64,000 nt of DNA, taken from Basidiobolus meristosporus CBS 931.73. Taxonomy: Eukaryota > Fungi > Basidiobolomycota. The notes beneath the pieces are model-generated. The model worked only from the letters and a program-made list of their open reading frames with translations. It ran no database searches and was not told where the DNA came from. The position numbers and the translations under genes were made by a program. Numbering within the stretch: the first letter of the stretch is position 1; every line of letters begins with the position of its first letter. This document shows, one piece after another, positions 1-10,352 of the stretch. The stretch spans positions 8,575-72,574 of the forward strand of contig MCFE01000455.1 of NCBI GenBank assembly GCA_002104905.1, in the 5' to 3' direction.

Positions 1-1173
1 CTTGAGTTGTGTAGCTTCTCCCAAGAGTACCTCTACACCACCACAATGCTTCTTCACAAGAGTGCCGCATTGAGTCAGTGCTCACCCATCAGAGCAACAC
101 TATCAATACTTGCAGAGCTACTCATTTAGACACAAGTCCATTGAAGCAGTCTGAGTTGTGTCAATGTGTTGCATCATGTCAAACTCAGCCAAGGGCCATG
201 CCAGCACATTGCATTGCACCTGCATGTGCTGTTACACTTACCATCAGCATGTTACTTCTGGTGAACCAACTGATGATGAACCACAAGAATTGCCTCCACC
301 ACCCAAGCCTTTGGGAAGTAAAAGAGTGTGTCAGCACATTGCACTACAGGCAGGTTCAGTAGCATCATCTGGAGCAATTCAGTGAGGCCAAGCTGTAGCA
401 TAGTACTTATCAACTAGGAGGCAAAACACTAGACTTGTTCCATCGTACCGTGCCAGGGCGTGCGGCGCGATCCGCGGTTGCAAAGAACGATTGGGCGCGA
501 TATTATAGCTACCAGAAGGCAGGATTGTTCTTGGACGATTTCGCACTATGCGGGACGATCTCGCACACTATGGCACAATCTGACACGATGAGGTTGGCGC
601 GGATGATTGCGCCAGCTCGTAATGCTTACATCACGTGCGCGATCGGATACCGCTATAATGGCAGGTAAAATCCGGTATTTGGATATGTTTCTTTAATGTA
701 AATGGAAATAAATGTGTATCACACTATAAACTACACTGATACCTACCATTTTGGTTACCCTCCCTCCAATTGGACGGTATCTCAGTGGTTAATTGGTCCA
801 AAAGTATCCTGAAGCTGGCAGCCCCCAATTGGCTCATTGACTACTGAAAAAGCTACCTGATTTGCCATCAAATATCCCATTTTGCCCATTGAGCAAGTAA
901 ATCCCTGATCCTAGTGATTGGGCAAGGTGTCATAGCTAGCACGCAAGCAATGGTGTAGGTGCAAAACAGATCCAATAGCTGCACTGGTATTACAGATGAC
1001 GTATATATATGCAGGGTGTTTATTTATAGGGGTTCTGTCTCAAATGTGAGATGTCCTTGATATTACTTATATCAAAAATTTGATGATCACTGATTTGCGA
1101 TGGCTCGATTCGGATCGCAAAAAAAAAGGGTTGTTGGGATCATTACAAATGTGAGCAATTCAAAGCAATTGCA

Positions 1174-2406
1174 TCATCTTCTCCTGGGTTTTTTTCTCAC
1201 AGGGATTACTACTGAAGCATTTGGTAGTGACTCACTTTGCACACCTATACTACTTCCTGGCTGACTATCATCTTGCCTACTTGTGTATTTGTAGTCAGTA
1301 TTTTGCCTCCTAGTTGATGAGTGCAATGCTGCAGCTTGGCCACGCTGAATTGCTCCGACTGAACCAACTGAACCGGCCTGTAGTGCTACGCGCTGACGCG
1401 TTCTTTTACTTGCCAAGGGCTCCGGTGGTTGAGTCACTTCATGTTGGTCATCATCAGTCAGTTCACCAGAAGTAACTTGCTGATGGTCAGGCAAAACAGC
1501 ACGCGCAGGCGCGCCTTGACGCGTTGAGATGGCCCTTGGCTGAGTTTGATGTGATGCCGCATGTTGACGCGACTCGGTCCGCTCCAATGGACTTGTGTCT
1601 AAATGAGCAGTTTGGTGAGTTCTGGCAGTTTTGCTCTGAAGCGCGCGCGTTGACTTGACGCGGGGCGTTCTGTTAAAGGGTGTTGGCGTGGTCTGGACTG
1701 ACGTGCGCCGGCGCGCTGTGGTTGCAAGAGATGGTAGGGAATCCAGCGAGGCGTGCTGGCGCGATCTGGACAATGTTGCTCGCGGTCTGTATTCTTCCTC
1801 CTGAAGCTCACCATCTGATTCCTCAAGGTATTCACTTACCCTCTGTCTGATACTTTGGAGCTGTTGCCTGGATGAGTCCTGTGTATATTGCTCTTGGAAG
1901 CCACTTAGCTCTACTAATATATCCCGTAGTACATTAGTCATTTGAGGCAAAAACTCATTCAAAATCTCTTTGGTTCCCAAAGTTGAGGCACAAACGGACG
2001 CGTCCGGCCCGTACTGTGCAAATTGCGCGCGAAATCGTTCCCGCGCGGCTTCCTCGTCAAATCCCCTCACTCTCAGCTCATTCATGATTTCAATACTTGT
2101 CTTGTTATATATCTTTTTACATACATCGGCTGGCATCTTGATGTAGAACTCATACCACAACTTTCTACTCAAATTCTTCCATCTTTGTTGACTCTCTGAG
2201 GTATCTAGTTCTGCTAGATTAATCAGTAGTGCCCAAATATCTGTATGAAGGCTCATCATAGACACTTGGGCCATACTAAAATCATTTGGCAAGAACTCAA
2301 ACGGATCCGACATCGACTTCTCCGGTCCGGACCGCGCTAGTGAGCTGGGGGATGGGTTTTGTCTGGGTTGTACTAAAGATGAGTTGAGGCTTGGTATGGG
2401 GACCAT
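1174..2406 (-). CDS. Accessory ORF1 of the Pangu element (410 aa), probable Myb/SANT/trihelix-like DNA-binding partner of the transposase
   Basis: Uninterrupted ORF with a helical N-terminal half (DIWALL...QQRWKNLSRKLW, resembling helix 3 of Myb/trihelix domains), a T/S/R/Q-rich tail and a terminal basic NLS-like RKKPRRR. Homologs occur in every other copy. The domain call is inferred from motif and from PIF/Harbinger architecture. Confidence 0.75.
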   Translation of the reverse strand: MVPIPSLNSSLVQPRQNPSPSSLARSGPEKSMSDPFEFLPNDFSMAQVSMMSLHTDIWALLINLAELDTSESQQRWKNLSRKLWYEFYIKMPADVCKKIYNKTSIEIMNELRVRGFDEEAARERFRAQFAQYGPDASVCASTLGTKEILNEFLPQMTNVLRDILVELSGFQEQYTQDSSRQQLQSIRQRVSEYLEESDGELQEEEYRPRATLSRSRQHASLDSLPSLATTARRRTSVQTTPTPFNRTPRVKSTRALQSKTARTHQTAHLDTSPLERTESRQHAASHQTQPRAISTRQGAPARAVLPDHQQVTSGELTDDDQHEVTQPPEPLASKRTRQRVALQAGSVGSVGAIQRGQAAALHSSTRRQNTDYKYTSRQDDSQPGSSIGVQSESLPNASVVIPVRKKPRRR

Positions 2407-2765
2407 AGCAACGGATTTGGATACTTATACAGCAGTATATTGGCATCAACCTGGTCTTATATGAAATATATATGAAAACTAAAGTGATTGTTGAATTTTC
2501 CATATATTATGCATGATGCATCTCGGATCGCATTGACACGGATCAGATCACATCAATCGCAGATTTCCTATTTGATTATAGACCTATGATTAAAGCATCA
2601 ATAAAAGTACCAAGGCATTGTTTGCGGATGATTTTTGCAACATAATGATGGGATACATGGCAATTGATGGAGATTTAACCATAATGTATTAAAAATCAGA
2701 TAAATAACGCAGATCGCGCCGAATCGATTCAAACCGCCTCCATACAATCATCCATCAATTTTAAT

Positions 2766-3648
2766 ATGACTTACTCATCTGAATGGTCTTTTCTCATCAA
2801 TCCCATCACTACCACTGGATTTCCTTTTAACACACTGGAGGAGATCTATTCCAAGTACTGTGGACCATCAACCCCAATCTACTCAAGGAGATCCCTTGTA
2901 AGCTTCTCTGCTATTACAAGAACTATTGCCCTACAAGGTTTCATCCCACCATCCATGGCAACAAAAGTCCTAGAAGCTTTCATTCCCAGCTGACAGCAAT
3001 GGAGAACCACCTTGCAGAGGGTATGAATGACTTAGAGCAAGCTTGGAATACTAGGTTCAGAAGCTCCAATAGACTTCCATATCCCAGAGTGTTCAGCAAC
3101 AGGTTCCATATCAGGAGTATTTTGGATACCTTCACAGTGAGGATTAACAGACCTTCTAGAGGGCAGAGGCACTTTTATTCTGGCAAGTACAAGGCACACT
3201 GTGTGAAGTTTCAAGCACTGTCTGACATTGAGGGTAACATCATCTGGTTTAGTGGGCCATTTGCTGGAAGTAGGCATGACAAAGCACTCTGGGTAGAGAA
3301 TCATCCTGAATTCAGTAGAGGGGAGAAATGTATGGCAGACTTGGCCTATATAGGAGAGGATTGTCAGAGATTAGGATTTATTACAGCTTATAGGAAGCCA
3401 AGGAATGGTGTGCTTAGCAGGAAGCAGAAGCTCTACAATGAGATATTTAATCATTTCAGAGTGAGGGTAGAGCACACATTTGGATATCTGAAGAGATTCA
3501 GCATATTGGCAGGTAAATACAGAGGAAAGTCATATATAGGTGAAAACAGCAGAATAGGTAAAATAGTTAAGATACTTATTAATGCACAGTATGTTCATAC
3601 AAGAAGACATCACTGAGAGAAATGTGTCTGGAGCATTATGAAGAGTAA
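2766..3648 (+). pseudogene. DDE_Tnp_4-type (PIF/Harbinger/ISL2EU-like) transposase, ~293 aa, with two 1-bp frameshifts in this copy
   Basis: Motifs ILDTF.VRINRP...QRHFYSGKYKAHCVKFQ, GPFAGSRHD, MADLAYIG and RVRVEHTFGYLKRFSIL. Compared with the copy at 47642-48526, one t is missing near 2897 (cttgtaag vs cttgttaag) and one c near 3611 (catcact vs catccact). Confidence 0.9.
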
Positions 3649-3742
3649 ATAAAGCAAGGAAAGCACTATTCTGAGCAACATAAGTAAGATTGAGTAAAAT
3701 TACCAGTAACTGTATCATACCACTAGCATCATGGTAGAAATT

Positions 3743-3815
3743 ATAGTGCCAGATAGTGCCGTAGAGTGCCAGATCGATCTGGCACTATAAACCGGCTGGC
3801 ACTATGTGGCACTAT
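3743..3815. repeat. Subterminal AGTGCC/GGCACT motif cluster with a perfect 22-bp palindrome at the transposase-side end
   Basis: Three AGTGCC followed by three GGCACT around AGTGCCAGATCGATCTGGCACT (3765-3786). The same cluster appears at 6004-6075, 37105-37165, 41490-41550 and 48621-48692. Confidence 0.85.
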
Positions 3816-4269
3816 CCAACGGAACAAGTCTACTAACTACAAATATACAAATGGGATATTTGATGGCAAATCAGGCAGCTTGTGTACTGGTCAATGAGCT
3901 AATTGGGGGCTGATAGCTTCAGGACACTTTTTCACTAATCAACCACTGACATACTGCCCAATTTGAGTGATGGTAACAGAAATCATAAGTATCAGTGTAG
4001 TTTATACTGTGACATGAGTTTATTTCCTTTAACATTAAAGAAACATATCCTAATACCAGATATTACATGATGCAAACATTACCGGTTGGCCCAGTCATCT
4101 GTGACAACCTCATTGTGTAGATTGCGCCATTGTGTGCAAGATTTTCCCACATAATGAAAAAATGTCTAAGAACAATCACACCTACTGGTATCCACAATAT
4201 TGCATCCAATCATTCTTAACATCTACGGAGTGCACTGTGCACCCTGGCACAGTACAATGGTACAAGTCT

Positions 4270-5985
4270 ATCATATGAGAAAGTATTATCATGCCTTTTC
4301 ATGGCTTCTTCAAATGATAAGATCTCTTTGAGTGTTAGGTTTCCATCACCAATAACAAGATGCTTAAGTCTCTAAGGTATAGGAAATATATCTTCAAGTG
4401 TTTCTTCTGGTGGTCTGATATAATCAGCAGGTCAAGATCCATCAGTCAAAGGTGTAAGTGATAGTATAATTTTTTGTTCAACTGTCTTGTATTTTGTTCA
4501 AATATGGCTGCCTGCTCCTGTATACCTAATGAGCAGCTCTAAAAGCTGGGGTGTATATTTTCTTGCTCCTCATCTTCTTCTATATCAGGATATGCCTTCT
4601 GGCAGGCAGTATCTGTCCTCTTATTTTTGGGTATTACACCACAGATGGTTGACTGTAATCCTGGGCTTAATCCTGGTATAGTGTAGCACAGTGACCCATT
4701 GAAATAGTTGGTAGCTGTGGCCTTTGCACTGGTTTCCCATGGCCTACCTAGCAGAAGGTCAAAGTTTGCCTCTGGCAGATAAAGAGGGAAAGCTCAACCA
4801 TGATTTCTTGTGCCTCAATAAGGAACTTGTGCACTACATTGTAGAGTGGACTAGATCCTGAGTTTGCATCAGTCATGTTCCATCCAATATCTTTAGCTAC
4901 ATACAGTAACTCCTTACTTCCAAGTGTCTTCCAAAAGTCTAGCAGCATAAAGCAAATCTTTGAATCAAATTCAATATGACAGTCAACAGGGCCACTATAT
5001 ATTTCCTTTCACCACAGCAGTTGCAACTGAGTAAAAGGTCTTATACCCAGTACTGTCAGAATTCTTTTGGTGGCCTTCATGGCTTGTCTGAATTATATGA
5101 GTATCCATGTGTTCACAGCTTGTTGTCTTGTTCTAAGCTGCTCCTCAAAGGTCTTCCTAATAGATGGGGATACATTCATGATCTCTCCAACCAACAAAGT
5201 GTGGCTCTGTTTCAACAGCTTCTCAGTAATCAGTTAAGGGTTTGAGTAGCTGACCATCTTTAAGGCCATCTGAAAGTGCAGTTAGGGACCTTGGGTGGGC
5301 AGCATACTAGGCCTCTTGTCTATGACAACTTTAGGCTCTTCAAATCGTGGTCTTTTGACAATGGGCTTGGCAGGTTCTTCAGGAAGGTGTCTTTTGAAAG
5401 CAAAGGAATTAACTTTGTATTGCCTGCTGTCTGTACTGCTGCAGCTCACACCTTGAATCCCAATAGTGGCATTAACTGTAATGTATCTGGTTGCTGAGTT
5501 GGATTTCTGAAAATGAGCTCTCATCCCTACTCTTTGGAGGGGATCCTTCTTCCTTTCTTGTCAGAAAGCATTCCATCAGCATCAGGTGTTCAGTTCCTTC
5601 TCCAAGTAGCTGACTAAGCACTGAGTAAGCTCTTCTGGCATGCTGAGCAGAATCACTCCAGATGCAATATCTGTGCAAAGGTCTTTGGCTCTCAGTAGCT
5701 TCAGCTGAGCCTTTAATCTTGCAGGCTAGCTTTTGCAGATGTTCAGCAAGTTGGTCAATACTGTTGGTAGTATAGGTTTGATTGTCAGCAGCAGCACTCC
5801 TTGGCTCCTTGGTCAACTGGTGCAGTAGATTAGACTTCAAGAGTCTCATAAAGGTGGAAGTCTGTTTTGCCTCTAGAGAATATGTTTCATCTTTGCAATG
5901 CATGGAATGCCAAACTTGTCTTCCTTGGCTGAATGTAGGTCAACTTTCTTTGCCAAGTCTTGAGAATGTCCTTTTGGAAGGTAAA
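4270..5985 (-). mobile_element. Degenerate Ty3/gypsy gag-protease remnant (second gypsy family)
   Basis: Minus-strand translation gives VDCHIEFDSKICFM (~4940-4990) and EANFDLLLGRPW (~4735-4780), bracketing a retroviral-type aspartic protease. Upstream are broken gag-like ORFs (5282-5903). No LTR recognised. Confidence 0.55.
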
Positions 5986-6962
5986 AGACATGTCCTGTTG
6001 GATAGTGCCACATAGTGCCAGCCTATTTATAGTGCCAGATTGATCTGGCACTCTACAGCACTATCTGGCACTATAATTTCTACCATGATGCTAGTGGTAT
6101 GATACAGTTACTGGTAATTTTACTCAATCTTACTTATGTTGCTCAGAATAGTGCTTTTCTTGCTTTATTTGCTCTTCATAATGCTCCAGACACATTTCTC
6201 TCAGTGATGTCTTCTTGTATGAGCATACTGTGCATTAAAAAGTCCCTTGACTATTTTACCTATTCTGCTGTTTTCTCCTATATATGACTTTCCTCTGTAT
6301 TTACCTGCCAATATGCTGAATCTCTTCAGATATCCAAATGTGTGCTCTACCATCACTCTGAAATGATTAAATATCTCATTGTAGAGCTTCTGCTTCCAGC
6401 TAAGCACACCATTCCTTGGCTTCCTATAAGCTGTAATACATCCTAATCCCTGAAAATCCTCTCCTATATAGGCTAAGTCTGCCATACATTTCTCCCCTCT
6501 ACTGAATTCTGGATGATTCTCTACCCAGAGTGCTTTGTTATGCCTACTTCCAGCAAATGGCCCACTAAACCAGATGATGTTACCCTCAATGTCAGACAGT
6601 GCTTTAAACTTCACACAGTGTGCCTTGTACTTGCCAGAATAAAAGTGCCTCTGCCCTCTAGAAGGTCTGTTAATCCTCACTGTGAAGGTATCCAAAATAC
6701 TCCTGATATGAAACCTGTTGCTGAACACTCTGTGATATGGAAGTCTATTGGAGCTTCTGAACCTAGTATTCCAAGCTTGCTCCAAGTAATTCATACACTC
6801 AGCAAGGTGGTTCTCCATTGCTGTCAGCTGGGAATGAAAGCTTTTAGGACTTTTATTGCCATGGATAGTGGGATGAAACCTTGTAGGGTAATATTTCTTG
6901 TAATAGCAGAGACGCTTAACATGGGATCTCCTTGAGTAGATTGGGGCTGATGGTCCACAGTA
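5986..6962 (-). mobile_element. Truncated Pangu copy (right end plus most of the transposase), cut off at the CACTA terminus
   Basis: Degenerate TIR AGACATGTCC at 5986 and the subterminal GGCACT cluster. ORF 6201-7010 matches the transposase; homology stops at cacagta 6962. Confidence 0.88.
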
Positions 6963-8038
6963 CCATATCAAAAATAATTTGGTCCTGCGGGTGGATCCAA
7001 TCCGGATCATCCGTCAAGATCCCGTTCAGAGACCGTCATAATAACAGCAGCTTGGAATTAGTGACCCTCCTGATGATCTCATAACAAGATCATGACAGTG
7101 TTTTGCAAATTTTACAGCCAAATAAAGGGATAAAGCTTGACAACTTTTGATTGGTGCTGTGTCAATATTTGCATATTATTGTTGCGGTCTTTCAGCGCTC
7201 TATTACTATTTTAATGGGATCTAGTTGGCCAGGACTTCCAATTGCCTTATATGGCAAGAAACATGACGGTATCTTGATGGCCTCACAGCAAGACTCTGAT
7301 GGCTTTTTTTTGGCATTAAGACGGCCTGCCACTGGTTATGTATAATGCTACCATACCAGTTTACCAAGTGGTATTTCCCTTTTCTACCTCCCCTTGTGCA
7401 ATTCATATATTCCACTGTAGAATCACCTTTCTTTATTTGCTTACCCACTACTACCTTGGGTATTCCATATATAGTTTGAATCAAAAAAAACTATGGCCTC
7501 CTGCTTACTATCCTCTACAAACACGCACACCTGCCGCAATTGACATACTTCTATCACCTCAACTTTACGGCTTTTTAGTGTGATACTTGCAAAGTTGCCA
7601 TATACCTTATACTGCTGGTAGCATATATATCTTGCAAACATATGCTTGGTTGTTGCCACTTCTGCCATGAATACCTCCTGAATATTGCCATAGAACTTCT
7701 TGGTATTTAGCCAATATATTCCTTCTCACTGCTGGAGTCTAGTCCCCCTTATAGTTGCGCTCTGGCTTTTGTTTGTGTGAATTCCGTATTGAATGGTGTA
7801 GAAGTTGGCTTGTGACCATGAGAAATCCGGCATATCTTGGTGGAGTTTTCCTGATAAAAATTAGTTGCTTGTTGCACCCAACCCAACTTTGCATTACTCA
7901 ACTGATTACCCACACATTGGGGCTGCTTAGCTTCTTAATGCCATAGGCATAGGTGTCTCCATGTGCACATTTGTCCTCAGTATTTTCCAACTCTTTCTGG
8001 CTGTCCTCCATGTGCCAACTCATCACATCCATGACAGA

Positions 8039-9971
8039 CTAGAAGGTAATATTCTTGATGAGATTGGGATATGGTGGTACCTGCAACTTGACTTGTCTTC
8101 CTATCTCCTCACACATCCGCTCCGTAGGAAACTCCCAAAAGGTGAAGCAAGGCCCAATATTCTTCACACACCGTGCAAGATGGAGTAGAGAATAGATACA
8201 GTGGCGGCAGAGATCTACATGTTCAGCTTTATGTTTGTGGTATAGCTGCTCAAATCCTGTCACAAACTCCTCACACAATAGCTGTAGATGTGTCAAGTTG
8301 GCATTGGTGATCTGCTTCTGGATAAATATTCCTACAATGTCCACATATGACTCCCAGTGCTTCCAATGTACTCTTGGTAGGAATGGCTTCAGAGCACCAC
8401 TTGAATAAATACCTATCCAGTTCATCCAGTCTTTGCATTTGTATTGTTGCATATGCGTATGAATCTTAATAAGAGCCCATGAGAAGTACTTAGGGTAGTG
8501 GATACTCTGTAATATCTTGCCAATTTTTTCAAATTCCTCCGGTATCTCAAATGGCTCATTTAGCCTGAAATGCCCCATGTCCAACTTGGCCATCAGTATA
8601 GAGATATTTTTGAAAAGCAAATGCATTGCTCCCAGTGGAAAGCTTTTGCTCCAACAGATACCCTCTATCTTAAGTATCTCCGGTTTCCAATTGATTCCAT
8701 ATTCCAGCCAATGGCTTATAGCTTGCCAACTTTGCTGCATTTGCATGCTTACTTCTGTACATTCTCTCTGTGGAAAGATGATGTTCTTAGTGCTGGTGTT
8801 TGGGTAATAATAATGTGTGTGAGTTATGGAGTAAATCCCCCAGATCTCACACATTCAACAGCAATACCATCCATTGTGCCCGGAAAAACCTGCTATCTTG
8901 CTGATGGCTGGGGTATCTCCAATGCAGATAATAATATGCACTTTTATATGATGGCCATTTACCGTTATCCCGCTGGAAAGCATACAAAATTCATTCAGCA
9001 ATGGATACAGGTAGCTATCCAGGTTGGACGGTGATTTAGGCCCAGATACCAGTGAGACTACCATCAGATTATTGCTCTAATACCGTAAGATGGGCAGCAG
9101 ATTCAGATTGATGAGAATCAGTGGCCAGCAGGATTTGCTGGTAGAGTACTTGTTTAATGAGAATCCATCAAGTGCTAAAGCAAAGGCATGGTCATACATA
9201 CCTTCAAAGTAGCCCTTGCTTCTTGGCTGTTTGTAATGTTTGCCATTGAATATATTGGATATGTTTGCATTTGATTGATACTGAGTGCGGTACTGTATGG
9301 CTTTGCAATATTTGTCAGACTGCATCAGCTTTCTCAGACGGGGTATGACAGAATATATCCAGAGTGTGAACAATGTTTTCCCTCAATAGTGGTGGATTCC
9401 TGACAATTTGGACACGTTGCAATGGTATCATTTTGGATGTGAATGCCATGCAACTGTTAACACATGCAGGAATCAGGACAGTCTCTGGATCATATGTTGC
9501 CAGCAGCATGACGGTTGTCCACTTGTACCATGTACATGGTAAGTTGCATCCCAGCTTGATTTTGGCAAGAAGTAGTAATAAATCCTCAAAGCCCCCATTA
9601 CTGATATTAGTGGAAACGTGCAACTTCTCTAGCCACAACATCACATCATTCACCAGTAGATGGATTACTGGGCTCACTTGGCTCCATAAAGTATCCTTGG
9701 CATTTGTCTCAATGGGTGTTTTCTCATTGCATATAGAGATTTGACCAGGCTCATAGGTGGTACTGTTGTTAGGGGAGATAGGCTCAAAATCCATCAGTGA
9801 ACCTTCTTTGTCAGAGCTATCACTCTGCATGCCATATTCAGAAGGCTGAGGTGAGCCCAAAGGCATCACAAACTCACCTGACTCAGTTTGCGCAAGGTGA
9901 CAAAGACAGCCAGGTGCCAATATAGAAGTATCAACTGGCCAGCAAGATAATGTTGCTACAGTAGTGACCAA
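8039..9971 (-). pseudogene. CACTA Tnp2 (Transposase_21-type) transposase, frameshifted; probably extends further toward ~7500
   Basis: CVNSCMAFT; NIFNGKHY...ALALDGF...CWPLILINLNL; GPKSPSNLDSYLYPL...GDTPAISKIAGFSGHNG; GAMHLLFKN; LLHLARCVKNIGPCFTFWEFPTERMC. These are the ordered hallmark motifs of EnSpm transposases. Confidence 0.88.
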
Positions 9972-10352
9972 TGAATGGTCAAATATGACTTAGGTGGCAA
10001 AACACTGGTGGTGATCCTTGTAATACTTCATATGCTGTCTGCATGCTTCATGGCTGAGAGGCTTGCCACAATAGCCACATGGTCTTTTTTCTCTTCTCTT
10101 ACAGCATTGAGTCAAAGTAGTCTTGTCCATGGGGCAAACAGTTTGACCTTCAACAACATAATGCTATTATATCACTTCTTGGTCAATACTCATGTGAACT
10201 AAAGACAGTCTTGTATTTGAGACATTGCACCTACATGAATGTAAGATTCAATAATGACCTGCCATAGTAAGCATTATAAATAAAGTCGTGGCACCACATA
10301 CACATGTATATGTAACACTATTTCCCCTTTGGTTTGACTCACTTCCATATAT

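Larger units (their letters stand above)
431..3831 (+). mobile_element. Full-length (3401 bp) PIF/Harbinger-related PHIS DNA transposon, Pangu type; youngest copy in the window
   Basis: 11-bp TIRs AGACTTGTTCC (431-441) and GGAACAAGTCT (3821-3831). Perfect 3-bp TSD ACT (428-430, 3832-3834). Divergent ORF1 (minus) and DDE transposase (plus). Retains the most CpG of all copies. Confidence 0.93.
1..4269 (-). mobile_element. Older, decayed Pangu/PHIS copy in inverted orientation (pieces 1-430 and 3832-4269), interrupted by the young copy at 431-3831
   Basis: 1-430 is homologous to ORF1 of the element on the opposite strand (HLDTSPL, QTQPRA, QAGSV). 3832-4269 is the reverse complement of the left end and finishes in GGTACAAGTCT. 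The two pieces rejoin as gcaaaacACTaactacaaat, matching gcaaaatactgactacaaat in intact copies. An internal deletion follows aatatacaa. Confidence 0.85.

Noticed and set aside
435-668. 77-aa ORF at the Pangu left end, also open at 45278-45547
   Set aside because: It starts at a non-ATG codon inside the TIR, is open only in two nearly identical copies and has no recognisable motif; the shared openness reflects recent common origin.
3743-3815. Short repeated GGCACTAT units as a possible CRISPR or tandem array
   Set aside because: The units are 6-8 bp, in both orientations and without unique spacers, and lie at transposon ends. No cas genes, and the context is eukaryotic.
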